Below are positions 1-12,500 of a stretch of 64,000 bases of DNA, piece after piece. The notes beneath the pieces were generated by a model. It made no database searches, had not been told where the DNA came from, and was given only the letters and a program-made list of their open reading frames with translations. Location: assembly GCA_002269645.1 (NCBI GenBank), contig NIVC01003693.1:1-64000 (forward strand). The letters are read 5' to 3'. The stretch comes from Macrostomum lignano. Its lineage: Eukaryota. Both the position numbers and the translations under genes were made by a program. Positions within the stretch are counted from its first letter, which is position 1; each line of letters opens with the position of its first letter.

Positions 1-1172
1 TAGCAACGGTTCCTGGTGGCTAAATTGTTCCCTTAGGCAACTTCAGGTGTGGCCAGACTTGCAATGTTTGAGGGTAGCATTGTCGCGTGTCAGCCCAATG
101 ATATGCTACCTTCAGCGCATATTGCTCAATGTGGAATTGCAGCTTTTCTACCTGTCACAGTTTTTTAATATATTTTATTATTTCAAAAGTTTTATTTCTT
201 CTATGAACATGAATTTGTTTAGGTTTCTAGATTTTTTTATATTTGACATATTTGAAAATATTTGGAAACATTTTTCCAAATCCAAAACATTTGTATTTCT
301 AAAAAAGTAAAACATCTTTTTGGATTCAGATTCCAAATCCAAATATTTGGATCTATCATTAGCATAAAAACATTTTTAGGGTTTACAACAAAATGGAACC
401 AATGTATTTGTGTTTTGATTAATATAAAAGGTCTAAGTGCTTATGGTCTGGCAGCTTGGGCTAGCCATATTTTTTGCTCTTAAAATTGCTTTATGATTAT
501 AATTATCTAGTAGCAATGTTGTAATTGGCTGGCTGACTAACAGACCATGCCTATTAGATTAGCCAGATTGTTTAATTGCTTGTAATTCATCTTTCACAAA
601 GCCAAAGTTAGTGGTAAATAAAATTTTTCACCCATTTACATGGGCTTGCCATCTGTCATGGTTGGCATAAAAGTCAAAGATGCCACCTTGCTGATGCCAC
701 TATTAGTAGAGAGTGGCACAATGCCACTAATGATATTATTCAAGCTAGGTATCAGCTTCTCTATTGCAAGTGCACTAGTTGGACTTGATAGGTAGGCTAG
801 AAGGGAACCAGTAAATTTGGCAACAGGTTAACTTGGCGACAGGCTTTTACCAGTTTTAAATGTCAAATGTATTTCAGTAAAACAAATGTTGAGATACAAG
901 TACAAGAATTTCCCTCTTGAAAAGCCGCCAGCAAATCGCTGGCGATTGGTAGCAATTAAGTGGCGATTTTTTCTTGACAAATGTTGCGAACCAACCTAGT
1001 ATATATGTAACATACCATAACTAACACCGTAAGAATTATTATTTATTATATTAACCCCAATGGTAGTATAGTAAATATAAAATATAATAATAATCCTAAA
1101 TAACCAACCATCAAACTATTTAAGCCCATTATGTTGGGTCAGGTGGGAAAATGGTATACATGGCCATGTATC

Positions 1173-1578
1173 TGTTGTATAATGAATAAGCCAGCCAGTC
1201 TGCAAGTTTGTTTGCGAAACTCTCAAGCTCTCAAACTCAACGCGCTCTCACTTATATATCATATATTGTAATGCGATCGATAGCTAACAGATGTACAACG
1301 AACGTACACACAACTACACACACACATTGAGTAGCAACACAACATTCACCTTCCCTTCCGATTAGTGGAATCGCGAAAACCGAATTCGTCGAAATATTGA
1401 ACAAGGAATAAAAGCGCATGACTGAGCATCGAAGGAATAAAAGTAGATCATCACACTGAGTATTTCACTGAGCATTAAATCGCAATATTAGTCTGAAAAC
1501 AACTAATTTGGCTTCAAATGCACATCATTCGTGAGAAAGTCAGTTAGCAGTCACTAATAAATCAGTTAATGCGTCACA
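1173..1578 (-). repeat. putative 3' LTR of the gypsy fragment (~406 bp)
   Basis: On the minus strand it starts TGTGAC right after the PPT and ends ...ATACAACA at 1173. The TGTTGTATA terminus matches the LTR start of the gypsy element at 32117. No second copy is available to confirm the boundary. Confidence 0.55.
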
Positions 1579-3720
1579 ATTTCCCCGTACCACTGTGGAG
1601 GCGCTCGCGTCCTCGTGCTCACTCGAACCGCAGTCTGGGCTGTCTGCTGCGGCTGCGCTGGCTCTGCTGCCTCCGCCGGAATCGCCGCCGCGCTGGAAGC
1701 CGTAGCGGGCCAGTGTGGCAGCGCTCCGGCGGGCCGCGGCACTCGAACACAATTGTCGACGTGCCAGCGGGAGCCATCATTGAGGATGACGGTGGTGGCG
1801 CTCGCGATCCGGGAGATCTCACGAGGCTCGGACAGGCGGCTGCTTAGCTTGCCACGGGCGAACGGCCGCTTCACCCGCACCCAGTCGCCGACCATGAAAG
1901 TCGGCGGGGGTCTCCTGGTCGAGTTGAGCTGGTTGAAAACTCGCTGCTGTTTCCGCTTGATGCCGGCCGCCAGTCTGTGCCGCGCTGCCGTCCTTGGCTG
2001 TAGGGCTGTCAGGGGAGTGCTGATCTTCCGGCCTGTCATCAGCTCCGCCGGCGTAACTCCAGTCAGTGCATGCGGGGTGGCTCTGTACGACCACAGCAGT
2101 GCCTTCACCGCGTCCTTAAAGTCATAGCCCTCCTCCAAGTGCGTCTTGAGGCCGTCCTTGAGAAACCGGTTGAAACGCTCCACCGCCGCGTTGCCCTGAG
2201 GGTGGTAGTGCGGCGACTGCCGATGCTGGATGCCACAGCGCCGGAGAAAATCCTCGAAATCACCGGACACGAACTGAGGCCCTCCATCTGTGTTGATACT
2301 CTTCGGCAGCCCCCAACGACTAAACCACGTTGTCAAGGCGTCGATGACATCAGCGCTTGTGATGGTTGACATGCAGGCAGCCTCCGGCCACTTTGAGTGC
2401 AAGTCTTACAGCACCAGGATGAAGCGGCAGGAGTTCGGAGCCGAGTGCAGCTCCCCAAAGATGTCTAGCTGAAGCTCCTCCCATGGACGCGTCGGCCACT
2501 TTGTCGGGGTCAGAACCGTCTTGGATGGCTTGAAATTCTTCTCGCTTAGCAGACAGGCCTCACAGTGCCGCACGAACTCCTCAATGTGCTGGTCGATTTG
2601 CGGCCACCAGACGGCGTCCCGACAGTGCTGCTTCATTCTGCTCACGCCGAGGTGTCCGAAGTGTGCCAGCTGCAGCGTCTTCTCCCTCAGGGATGCGGGG
2701 ATCACCGCTCGAGTGCCGTTGGCCAGGCACTTGCCGTCATTCCAGGCCGTCAGCTGCATTCGGATCCTCCAGAACGGCTGCAACTCCGACCGCAGATGCT
2801 TGATGGAGCTCGGCCACCCCTGGAGCGTCAGAGCTATCACTTCGCTTATTACCGGGTCCTGCAGGGATGCCTCGGCCAACTCGCTTGCGCTGACAACCTC
2901 CAACGCGCCCGATAACAATACGGCATTCACCTGGTGCTCGGTCGGATCTTCAGCGCAATCTTCTCCGAAAGCGCCATGGCGTGACAAAAAGTCGGGCACG
3001 ATGTTCTTCTTGCCGGGAACGTGGCACACTTGGAAGTCGTACGCGAGCAGGCGGTCGGCCCATCGGTGCAGCCGCAAAGGTCGGTGGCCGCTGCCTTGAG
3101 CCGTCAGCAGCGTCGTCAGAGCCTGGTGATCGGTGTGCAGTTCGAATCTCCGGCTGAACAGGAAGTAGTGCCAACGCTCGCAGGCGAAGATACATGCCAG
3201 CGCCTCTCTTTCTGACGCGGAGTACTTGCGCTCGGTCGCCGACAGAGTCCTCGACGCGAAAGCAACTGGCTTGCGAACGCCAGCGCTGTCTTCTTGCATC
3301 AACACGGCACCCAGAGCGTGCGCAAAGCTGTCGCAGGCCACGATTATCTTGTCGTCGGGACAGAAGAATCGCAGGCACGTTGGAGACACTACCATTTTCT
3401 TAAGCCTCCAAAAGGCCTTCTGGCAGTCCGCTGTCCAGTTCCAAGGCTGGTCCTTGCGAAGTAGCTGCAGCAGCGGCTCGGCGATGTCGGATAGGTTGTG
3501 TAGGAAGTTCGAGTAAAACTTTACCATTCCGAGAAATGAGGCCACCGCCTCGGTGTTCTGAGGCTCCGGCACCGCTTCGATGGCTTCCACATTGGACTGC
3601 ATCGGCTGAAGGCCTCTCGCCGAGACGATGTAGCCAGAAACTGCACGGACTCTGCAGCCCACTGGCACTTGGCGGTGTTAAGCGTTACGCCATGGGCGAG
3701 CAGCCGGTCCAGCACTCCAA
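1173..3720 (-). mobile_element. 5'-truncated Ty3/gypsy LTR retrotransposon (RT C-terminus, RNase H, integrase, PPT, 3' LTR)
   Basis: ORF 3521-3715 (LNTAKCQW..VQFL) shifts frame into 2406-3668 (FLGMVKFY, ACDS..ALGAVL, FASRTLSATERKYS..EREALAC, RWADRL, integrase Zn motif H..H..C..C). ORF 1566-2402 is the integrase core (NTDGGPQF, GNAAVERFNR). A purine tract (GGGGAAAT) directly precedes TGTGAC at 1578 on the minus strand. Confidence 0.93.
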
Positions 3721-3835
3721 CAATTTTTCTATAATAAATGGTCAGGGGTGAATGGCTATGCGTATACGTATGTAAAATTTAACGAGTTTTAGTAGCTTTA
3801 TGCAATGATCCGCCTTAATTCGCCTTAATTAGCAT

Positions 3836-3896
3836 TCGCCGAATTGGCTGTCGCCGAACTGACTTGTCGCCGAATCGGTTGTCGCCGAATTGACTG
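3836..3896. repeat. short tandem repeat, 4 x 15-16 bp (TCGCCGAAttggctg)
   Basis: Read directly; a second degenerate ~29-bp tandem (ctagtggcct...) follows at 3930-4010. Confidence 0.7.
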
Positions 3897-4115
3897 GAAG
3901 CGGGCTAGAAGCCTAGGTTAGGTTAGTTGATTGGCTAGTGGCCTCGGCTACATTGTTTGACTTGCTAGTGGCCTAAGTTGCATTGGTTGACTAGCTAGTA
4001 GCCTGGGTCGCATCTTCAAAAATGGCATCACTTAGTAGTCATTTCTGTTAGGGTGAATAGTAAGAATAGTAATAGAATAGAAATAGTAAAGAATATGTAG
4101 TGATCTGCTAGTTGA

Positions 4116-5095
4116 TGTTAGGCGTCCCACTTTGTCAGCAGTCTCCCTCGCCCTCGCCCTGGGTTGCTGTCTGCCGCTGGTCAGCTTCCCACCCCCCCCC
4201 CTTAGCCCGTCTGTTGCTGCCCTTGGCCTGTTCTGCCCTTCTGCGTCTCTGTTCTCAGCCCTCAGCTTCTCTGCTGTGGGCTGTCTCTGTTTCGTTCCCG
4301 TCCCGTTTTCCTCTGTCTTGTGAGCAAGTCACATGACAGACTCTGCGTTCTTCGAGTCCTAAAGTGCAGTAAACATGTTTACTGCACTCGTTGGCCCTGT
4401 TTACCGGGAGAATCACGTGCTTTTGGACCCCTCCCTTCTCTAAGGAGAGGAGTGACTCATGTTGCTAAAAATAGCAACTGAGTCACAGCCACGTGTACTC
4501 TGGCCGGAGACCTCAAGTGACGTCAGTTCTAAAAATAGAACGAGTCACGAGGTCTTGCGCGCACTGAGACCCTGCCTCGAGATCTCAAGTGACGTCAGTT
4601 CTAAAAATAGAACAAGTCACGAGGTCTTGTGCGTGGGTGTTTCCCGACTATAAATAGGACCCCTCTCCCCTTGTTTCCGTCAAGGAAATGGCTTCTTATC
4701 TGCGGAGAATTCACTAAGATCCCGTGTGCGTCAGTGTCTAACTAAGTGCCCTTTGCGTACTGAATCCGTTTGTACTGGTCTGACTGAGACCCCACTAAAG
4801 CCCAAGCCTAAGGGAGGCTAACACTGCCTTCCCAGCCACCCCTGAGCCCGGCGGGGATCTGCTGATCAGGACGCCTTGTTCATTAATCTGCAAATCTACA
4901 CGCTGTGCTGAGTTCGTTGACTTGTTTATTTCGTTCCGACGGGAAGCTCACCTCATCGAGGGCCGAGACCTGAAGGAACTGGTGGCAGCACTACCTACGC
5001 TACTGAGAGTTGAGAGAACTTCCCAAGAAGAAGAGGCCGAGGTTTAAGGTAATCCGCAAGGGCCTAATCCGGGAAGCAAACACCATTCCACTTCA
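4116..5095 (+). mobile_element. LTR-like sequence (TG...CA) followed by primer-binding sites, with no coding region
   Basis: Starts TGTTAG at 4116. Contains a 72-bp-period duplication carrying TGACGTCA (4512-4560, 4584-4632) and TATAAATA at 4649-4656. Ends ...TTCA just before a tRNA-Leu-type PBS. Confidence 0.5.
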
Positions 5096-5096
5096 T

Positions 5097-5179
5097 TGGT
5101 GGCAGCGGTGGGATTCAAAGACCTACCAGGCCACCCCAAGAAAACCCCATCTATTTCACTGGTGGCAGCAGTGGGATTC
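5097..5179 (+). promoter_or_regulatory. two tandem retroelement primer-binding sites complementary to the tRNA-Leu 3' end
   Basis: TGGTGGCAGCGGTGGGATTC at 5097-5116 and TGGTGGCAGCAGTGGGATTC at 5160-5179 (63-bp duplication). This is the reverse complement of the typical eukaryotic tRNA-Leu 3' end GAATCCCACCGCTGCCACCA. Confidence 0.7.
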
Positions 5180-6420
5180 AAAGACCTACCAGGCCACCCC
5201 GAGAAAAACCCCAAGTATTTCAAATAGTATTAGTAATAGTAAAAAAGAAAAGCATAGATAGCCACTAATATTATTACAACTGCCTTGTGCAACTTCAAGT
5301 GTCAAGTTCTTGCATAAAGGCAAATGTTTCTTATCTGCAGTATGCAAGTTTTGGATATAAGGGTGCTCTTCTTAAGCAAACTTGGGAGGCTTTGTAGTCT
5401 CATTCTTATGCCATATGTATTGATAATTTTCAAATGGTGATTGGTTGATACAAAGCATATGACAATTGCACTTAGGCTGCTTAGCTTCAAGAAAGTTAAG
5501 ACAATAATGTGGATCTGATAGTTATGGATCCCTAGTAGATAGGCCATCTTGGTTTGATAGTCCAAATTTTGTTCTACTAGTACTGCAGTGCATAGTGGTC
5601 ATGCCATTGTGCCAAGTAATATACATTTTGTCTGCTTTTGTTGTCGCTGCTGTTTACCTCATGCTCTAATCAGACTCAAAATCTGATGATTTGTCTTCTG
5701 CTGACATAACAATAAAATCGTCTTTTTTTAACTCCAACTTTATCTCAAATGAAAATTAAATTGACCAATGCTGCAACACAGACAAATTCACTATTATCAG
5801 CATGCTTTGTATGTAAGAATATCTTATAGAAGTATTGATGATGCTTATGTCTACAGAATTGCACATTTAAAAACTTCTAAAGAATGATAGCAGTTAAGCA
5901 AAAACTCTTTATTATTGTATATATCAAAGTAACTTATGTATCATACTGTTTTAAATAAAATTATTTTCATTATTGAATGGTAATACAAATATGATATCAT
6001 GTCATGTTTTAATGCAACTGTATCCACTTATTCAGTTATTCAGAATGACATTGACATAGCATCAAGTGTAAGTGCCTCATGTATTTTAGTGATTGGTACA
6101 TGTTTATTGTCATCTTCAAGAGTTATTGAACTAGACAAGGCCCAAAAATTTCCTTCTGGCATACTGAGATTGGCAATGGTGCACACCATGTTTTTTACAT
6201 TTTTTGCATTGATACATGTTTGATTTCAACAGAAATTTATTTATTAAAAGCACATTTATACAATGGCATGAATATTAAAAATAATTTGCCATTAAACTGT
6301 CCTGATTATGGGTTGCAAAGTCGTAGAGAGGAGGCAAGTCATATTAGAAGTTATTGGAAATGCAGTTCTGAATTTCTGCATTACTCTGTGTATTGCATGC
6401 CACAACTTTCGGCAACATCA

Positions 6421-8415
6421 ATGGACGCCAAAAGAAGAAAGAAGAGACGCGAACTGAGCAGCGAGCAGAAAGCTGAGATCAAGGATGCATTTGAACTGTT
6501 TGACAGCGACAATGACAATGCCATCACTTATCACGAGTTCAAGGTGGCCCTTCGAGCGCTGGGATTCGATTTGAAGAAGAGCGAAGTTGCCAAACTGGTG
6601 CAGGACTACAATGTGAAGGTGGGCATTGGTGGGGTCGGATTGAGCAGGTGCTTGGGATAAACTGTTAGGGATCTGACACCAGGACAGTGGGGTATCACAC
6701 TGCAGGGGATCGAAGGGGATTGTGATCACACTATGGGGGGATTGGGATCACACTACAAGGGATCAAAGGCGAAGGGATCGGGGGGAATTGGTGGGATCAC
6801 ACTACTGGGGGATTGGGATCACACTATAGGGGGATTAGGATCACACTATGAGGCGATTGGGATCACACTATGAGGGGATTGGGATCACACTATAGGGGGA
6901 TTAGAATCACACTATGAGGCGATTGGGATCACACTATGAGGGGATTGGGATCACACTATAGGGGGATTAGGATCACACTATGAGGCGATTGGGATCACAC
7001 TATGAGGGGATTGGGATCACACTATAGGGGGATTAGAATCACACTATGAGGCGATTGGGATCACACTATGAGGGGATTGGGATCACACTATAGGGGGATT
7101 AGGATCACACTATGAGGCGATTGGGATCACACTATGAGGGGATTGGGATCACACTATAGGGGGATTGGGATCACACTATAGGGGGATTGGGATCACACTA
7201 TGGGGAATTGGGATCACACTATAATGGGATTGGGATCACACTACTGGGGGATTGGGATCACACTACTGGGGGATTGGGATCACACTACTGGGGTGGTGAT
7301 TGGGATCACACTACTGGGGTGGTGATTGGGATCACACTACTGGGGGATTGGGATCAGACTACTGGGGGATTGGGATCACACTACTGGGGGATTGGGATCA
7401 GACTACTGGGGGATTGGGATCAGACTACTGGGGGATTGGGATCAGACTACTGGGGGATTGGGATCAGACTACTGGGGGATTGGGATCAGACTACTGGGGT
7501 GGTGATTGGGATCACACTATGGGGAATTGGGATCACACTACTGGGGGATTGGGATCACACTACTGGGGGATTGGGATCCCACTACTGAGGGATTGGGATC
7601 ACACTACTGAGGGATTGGGATCCCACTACTGAGGGATTGGGATCACACTACTGGGGGATTGGGATCAGACTACTGGGGGATTGAAATCAGACTTCTGGGG
7701 GATTGGGATCAGAATACTGGGGGATTGGGATCACACTGCAGATGGGTTATAATCACACTGCAGCAAGATTGGGATCACACTGCAGATGGATTATAATCAC
7801 ACTGCAGCAAGATTGGGATGACACTGCAGATGGATTATAATCACACTGCAGCAAGATTGGGATCACACTGCAGATGGATTATAATCACACTGCAGCAAGA
7901 TTGGGATCACACTGCAGATGGATTATAATCACACTGCAGCAAGATTGGGATCACACTGCAGATGGATTATAATCACACTGCAGCAAGATTGGGATCACAC
8001 TGCAGATGGATTAAAATCACACTGCAGCAAGATTGGGATCACACAGAGGTTGCATGGAATGAGTTAGTTCTTCATATTTTGCCTCGATCCCAGAGTCCTC
8101 TTATTCCTAGTGGTCCTTGGCCGCCTCGCCCCGCAGGACGACTCCGGCAAGCTGTCCCAGGCGGACTTCACCGAGATCGTCACCGACATGCTGCTGGACC
8201 GCGACCCCACCGATGAAATCGTGCGCGCCTTCAAGCTGTTTGACGACGATGACTCCGGGAAGATCACCTTCCGTAACCTGAAGAAGGTGGCCAAGGAGCT
8301 CGGCGAGAACATGTCTGACCAGGAGCTGCGCGCCATGATCGAGGAGTTCGACAAGGACGGCGATTCTGCCATCTCGCTGGAGGAGTTCATGGCGATCATG
8401 ACTGGGGAGGCCTGA
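6421..8415 (+). CDS. CETN3: centrin-3 (EF-hand centrosomal protein), join(6421..6618,8137..8415), 158 aa
   Basis: KKRRELSSEQKAEIKDAFELFD..ALRALGFD / RAFKLFDDDDSGKITFRNLKKVAKELGENMSDQELRAMIEEFDKDGD matches centrin-3 closely. Phase-0 intron AAG|GTGGGC...CCGCAG|GAC. Confidence 0.95.
6720..8045. repeat. intronic minisatellite (~20-24 bp GGGGGATTGGGATCACACTAC(T) variants; 42-bp higher-order unit at 7735-8045)
   Basis: Tandem units read directly; they account for the spurious ORFs 7187-7632. Confidence 0.95.
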
Positions 8416-8886
8416 CGCAGCTGCTGAGAGGCGGAGTGTCAGATGCTGTCAGAATGAGTCGGGCTGGGCCCGTCCTGTACTACTCAAATCCAAAGGCAGT
8501 AGCAGCATTGGCAACGTGGCTGTTCAATTTTCTAGATAGTTTTTTAATAATTAACATATTGTCTGTTTTATTGCGGCGAGAACTGCATCTTGCTCGATTT
8601 AACAAAGTAAGAAATACAATGTTATAGGTCTTACATAGGTTCTCTTTTTTACTAAATCACTGTGTGATGCTGTGTATAATTTTTTTTTAATTTAAATTAT
8701 TTGGAGAGTTAGTGTTCCAGTTTCTTTATTGATCAAAGCAAGCAGCTGTACACATACAGCTGACCGAAGCGCATACACGACAGATGCGCTCTGTCGTGTG
8801 TGCATCGGCCTTGACTTGACTTGACAGGGTGATCGGACTTGACATGGTGTAAATTGGCCTTAACTTTCTCATCGCCAGGCAGTTTA

Positions 8887-9428
8887 TACTCAGCAACAGT
8901 CAAAAGTTCCACCCTCCCACGCGAGATGAATTTTTCTCACTTATTGCAAGTGACGCAACGTAAGGCACACGCGAAGCTCATTGCCACTTAGGGGTTGTCC
9001 AGGATGACAACGCACCGCCACACCGAGCCGATGCTGTTAGTCAACCGAAAGAACAGCTACAGCTGCGCACTCTGCGCTGGCCTTCCCGGTCACCAGACAT
9101 GAATCCCATCGAGCATGTCTGGGACTTCCTAAAACGCAGCATTCGAAGAGAGAATCCACCACACCACAGAATGTTGCGGAGGTGCGTCATGCCATTGAAA
9201 AGCTTGTCAGCAGCTTCCCCAGGACTTTCTGCGCCGCCTCATCCTGGGGATGCCCCGCAGAGTGGCCGCACGATCCCATGCGCGTTATTAAGCATAGCTG
9301 TTCTAACTGAATATTGCATTAAAAATAAACTGCGTAACTTGAGGGTTGAATTGTGAGTGAGAAGTTGTCAGTTTGTGAGAAGATTTTCATCTCGCTTGGA
9401 GGGTGAAACCCTTGACTGTTGCTGAGAA
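8887..9428 (+). mobile_element. internally deleted Tc1/mariner element (~540 bp)
   Basis: ~50-bp TIRs (CTCAGCAACAGTCAA... at 8889 / ...TTGACTGTTGCTGAG ending 9426) flanked by TA. Internal transposase remnant QDDNAPPH...WPSRSPDMNPIEHVWDFLKR at ~8995-9140. Confidence 0.88.
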
Positions 9429-9567
9429 TACACATTCCGTGTCTTAGGAGGTCAGGTAACAGTGTTAGTGGTCTAAGTTTTTTGGGTGTTTTGACAACTC
9501 GTATATTGCGTGCAAAGAGTTCATTCCGATGTTGCATCTCGCATTTCAATCTGTTCAGCTTAATCTC

Positions 9568-12500
9568 TCAGTGCAGCTTCTTCGATGTCCTACGGCGGCG
9601 TCGGAATAGCGGCCTGTGGAATGGTTAATTAAAGTTGGGGAAGGTGATCGACAGTTCAAATGGGCCATCGACTACACTGTCTTTTATAGGGACGAACTTT
9701 ACAATGCAAACGAGTTATCAACCAGTCTGTCCCAAATGGAAGCTCGTAACCAGTAAAGGTCGATTCACATTAACCACTAATTTTCAAGATTAGATCTCGG
9801 GATTTCAAGATTGGGATCCTGTTCTAGAAATTCTAATCCAGAAACGAAATTACCAAAAACAGCTCGTTTATGTGCATCTTCTTGCTGCAAGTCATCCTTG
9901 CTGGAAGAATCCAGGCATTAACTGTGCTACTCTACGAAAATCAAGGCTTGCAATCTCCATTTGAAACTTATGTAGCTGTAGACCGTAGTGTAAATGTATT
10001 GAATATTACTACTCTTACTTAACTTCATGACAAATGGCCGAAACAAATTCTGAACAAAACAGGCCAAGATTTTCAATGAACTTCAAAATTACCGACCACC
10101 GGGAGTCGTGCATACGAGTATTACGTCTTTTACGCCGTGTCACTTATGAATAGTCTGCTTTCTAGATTCTCGTATCTATTATCGACTCTCACCCAACTTC
10201 CATGCCGTCAACTTGCTGGTCTCGTTCGATGAAGCTGCAGTAGGCCCTGCGAGCGTTGCCTGCGATGCAGCTCCGCCAAGTGCTGCCCGCCACGGAGCCG
10301 TCAGGTGCGCAGGCGAAGCGGTTGCAACCGTCGGTGAAGCGGAATCCGTCTTGGTCGCTTCCGACGCCCTTCACGCTGGCGCAGACAGTCACGGGGGCCG
10401 CGTTGGGGCAGGTGCGCGGCTCAAGGCGACTGAAAATCGCTCTGGCGACGTCGCGGCAACGACGCTGGTCGGCGAGCGACTCGGCTCGCGGACAGTCGCG
10501 GCTCTGCAGAGTCGAGTAGGACATGAAGTTGCAGCGGTAGCGGCTGCAGCCGTCGCTGTACTCGAAGTTTCTCGGGATGTCATCGTCTGAGCAGAAGGTG
10601 CTGGGGTGCAGCTCGGGGCACTCCACGTTTTCCGTCAAAAAGTCTCTAAAAGTATAACATGATTGGGAAAATATTGAAATGCGGCACCTACTCAGTGCGC
10701 CCTAGCAAAATTTGGAGTGTAATAGAAAGCTCAAGTCAATCGCTTTGCAAGTGCTCTAGGTTGGTAGTTTACAATATTTCTGAGTTCAATGTTCAATGAC
10801 CTCACTGAAACCCCGACGGACCGGCGTAGCCCGGGAGGGTCCTTGTGGTGTTTAAGATTGCCGTTTTTTCGGGGTTGGAGTTAAACCCGATCCCGAAATA
10901 AGTTTTCATTCTACGAGCTAATCGCAAGCCACTAAAAGACGGACAAATGTTCATTTTTGGAGGACCCAGAAGTTTTCGTAACGCACTTCCTTCATTAATA
11001 AACAACTCAGTACAGATTTTGCATGATGCAAGTCGGCTGAGTAAATAATCTGAATTAAATTGTCGTCATATTAGGATGCCAGAAAAATCGAAAAGGCTTA
11101 TTTCTGTTTTACTGATTCTAAACTCCATTTACTTTGCAGAAATCTGCGAATGTTCCAACGGATTGCAAAAACACTCGCTATCAAACACATCATGCCGTTT
11201 CTCGCGAGCATCAACAGAACATACTTCGACGTAATTAACTGCAACCCCTGGCTTACTCAACGCTGCTCCGGTTTAAACTTTCACCAGAAGCATCAATCTG
11301 TGCTTCAACGATGAAGCTGCAGTAGGCCCTGCGAGCGTTGCCTGCGATGCAGCTCCGCCACGTGCTGCCCGCCACGGAGCCGTCAGGTGCGCAGGCGAAG
11401 CGGTTGCAACCGTCGGTGAAGCGGAATCCGTCTTGGTCGCTTCCGACGCCCCTCACGCTGGCGCAGACGGTTGCGGGCGCCGCGTTCGGGCAGGTGCGCG
11501 GCTCGAGACGGTTGAAAATCGCTCGGGCGACATCGCGGCACGACGCTGGTCGGCGAGCGACTCGGCTCGCGGACAGTCGCGGCTCTGCAGAGTCGAGTAG
11601 GACATGAAGTTGCAACGGTAGCGGCTGCAGCCGTCGCTGTACTCGAAGTTTCTCGGGATGTCGTCGTCTGAGCAGAAGGTGCTGGGGTGCAGCTCGGGGC
11701 ACTCCACGTTTGCCGTCGAAAATTCTCTTGAGAGGCAAAGAAGTTCTTGTCAATGCATTTCACTTTTCCATATACGATGTAACCCTATAATTTAGGATTC
11801 CGGTTTGCAGAAAGGTTAGAAAAATATATCTTAATCATGTTCTATCTATATTATTTGAGATACTCAACTTCACGTAAAATTACGTACGAGTAAATTGTCT
11901 ATCGACAAAGGCACAAGTAACTTTGCGAAGCTGGCTGTCATTTATTTCTAGGCCAGAATTCGTTCGTTCTAATGGCAGCTCACCAATCGAGGAGCCGCCC
12001 AGCAACCTAAGGCTACAATACGCTCGCACATCCTTGAGAGTCTTCAAAACATTAAAAGAACAGTCGGAGTGGATGACATCGTCCAGGCCGATTACTCGTA
12101 TTTCAGCAAGCCTGAGAGTTTGATTTGGCATTGTGCTCATTGGGAAAGTAGCGGGAATGCGGACATCCTCAGGTAAGTCCGTCGCCTTTGCGACCCGCTA
12201 GCAATGACAGCGTTGGCTGGGAGCTCCCCGACGCCCAGTCCAAGTGTTTGGTTCTGGACCGCCACTCACATCGCAACGGTTTTAAACCTCTGAAATATTT
12301 TCTCCTTTACTGTTGCCTCTCGACAGAGTAACGATCTTAATGATAATGGATTTCCTACGACTTATCAGATGGGTTCGATCCTTGAATTGTTATTTTCGTA
12401 GCAACCAAAAATTGCTCATCTCTGCCAATACATCTTTCGGTGGATGGATGCTCAAAACATGCTCTTTCAAACAAGAAATGCGACTTTTTGCGTACACTTT

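Noticed and set aside
1569-3516. Many overlapping antisense ORFs over GC-rich TE and gene regions throughout the window
   Set aside because: Shadow ORFs caused by high GC and stop-poor codon usage on the coding strand.
7187-7632. Gly/Trp/His-rich repeat ORFs
   Set aside because: They lie in the CETN3 intron minisatellite.
10802-12140. Small intronic ORFs 10802-11005 and 11880-12140 as extra exons or nested genes
   Set aside because: No recognisable motif and no phase-2 splice pair found; insufficient support.
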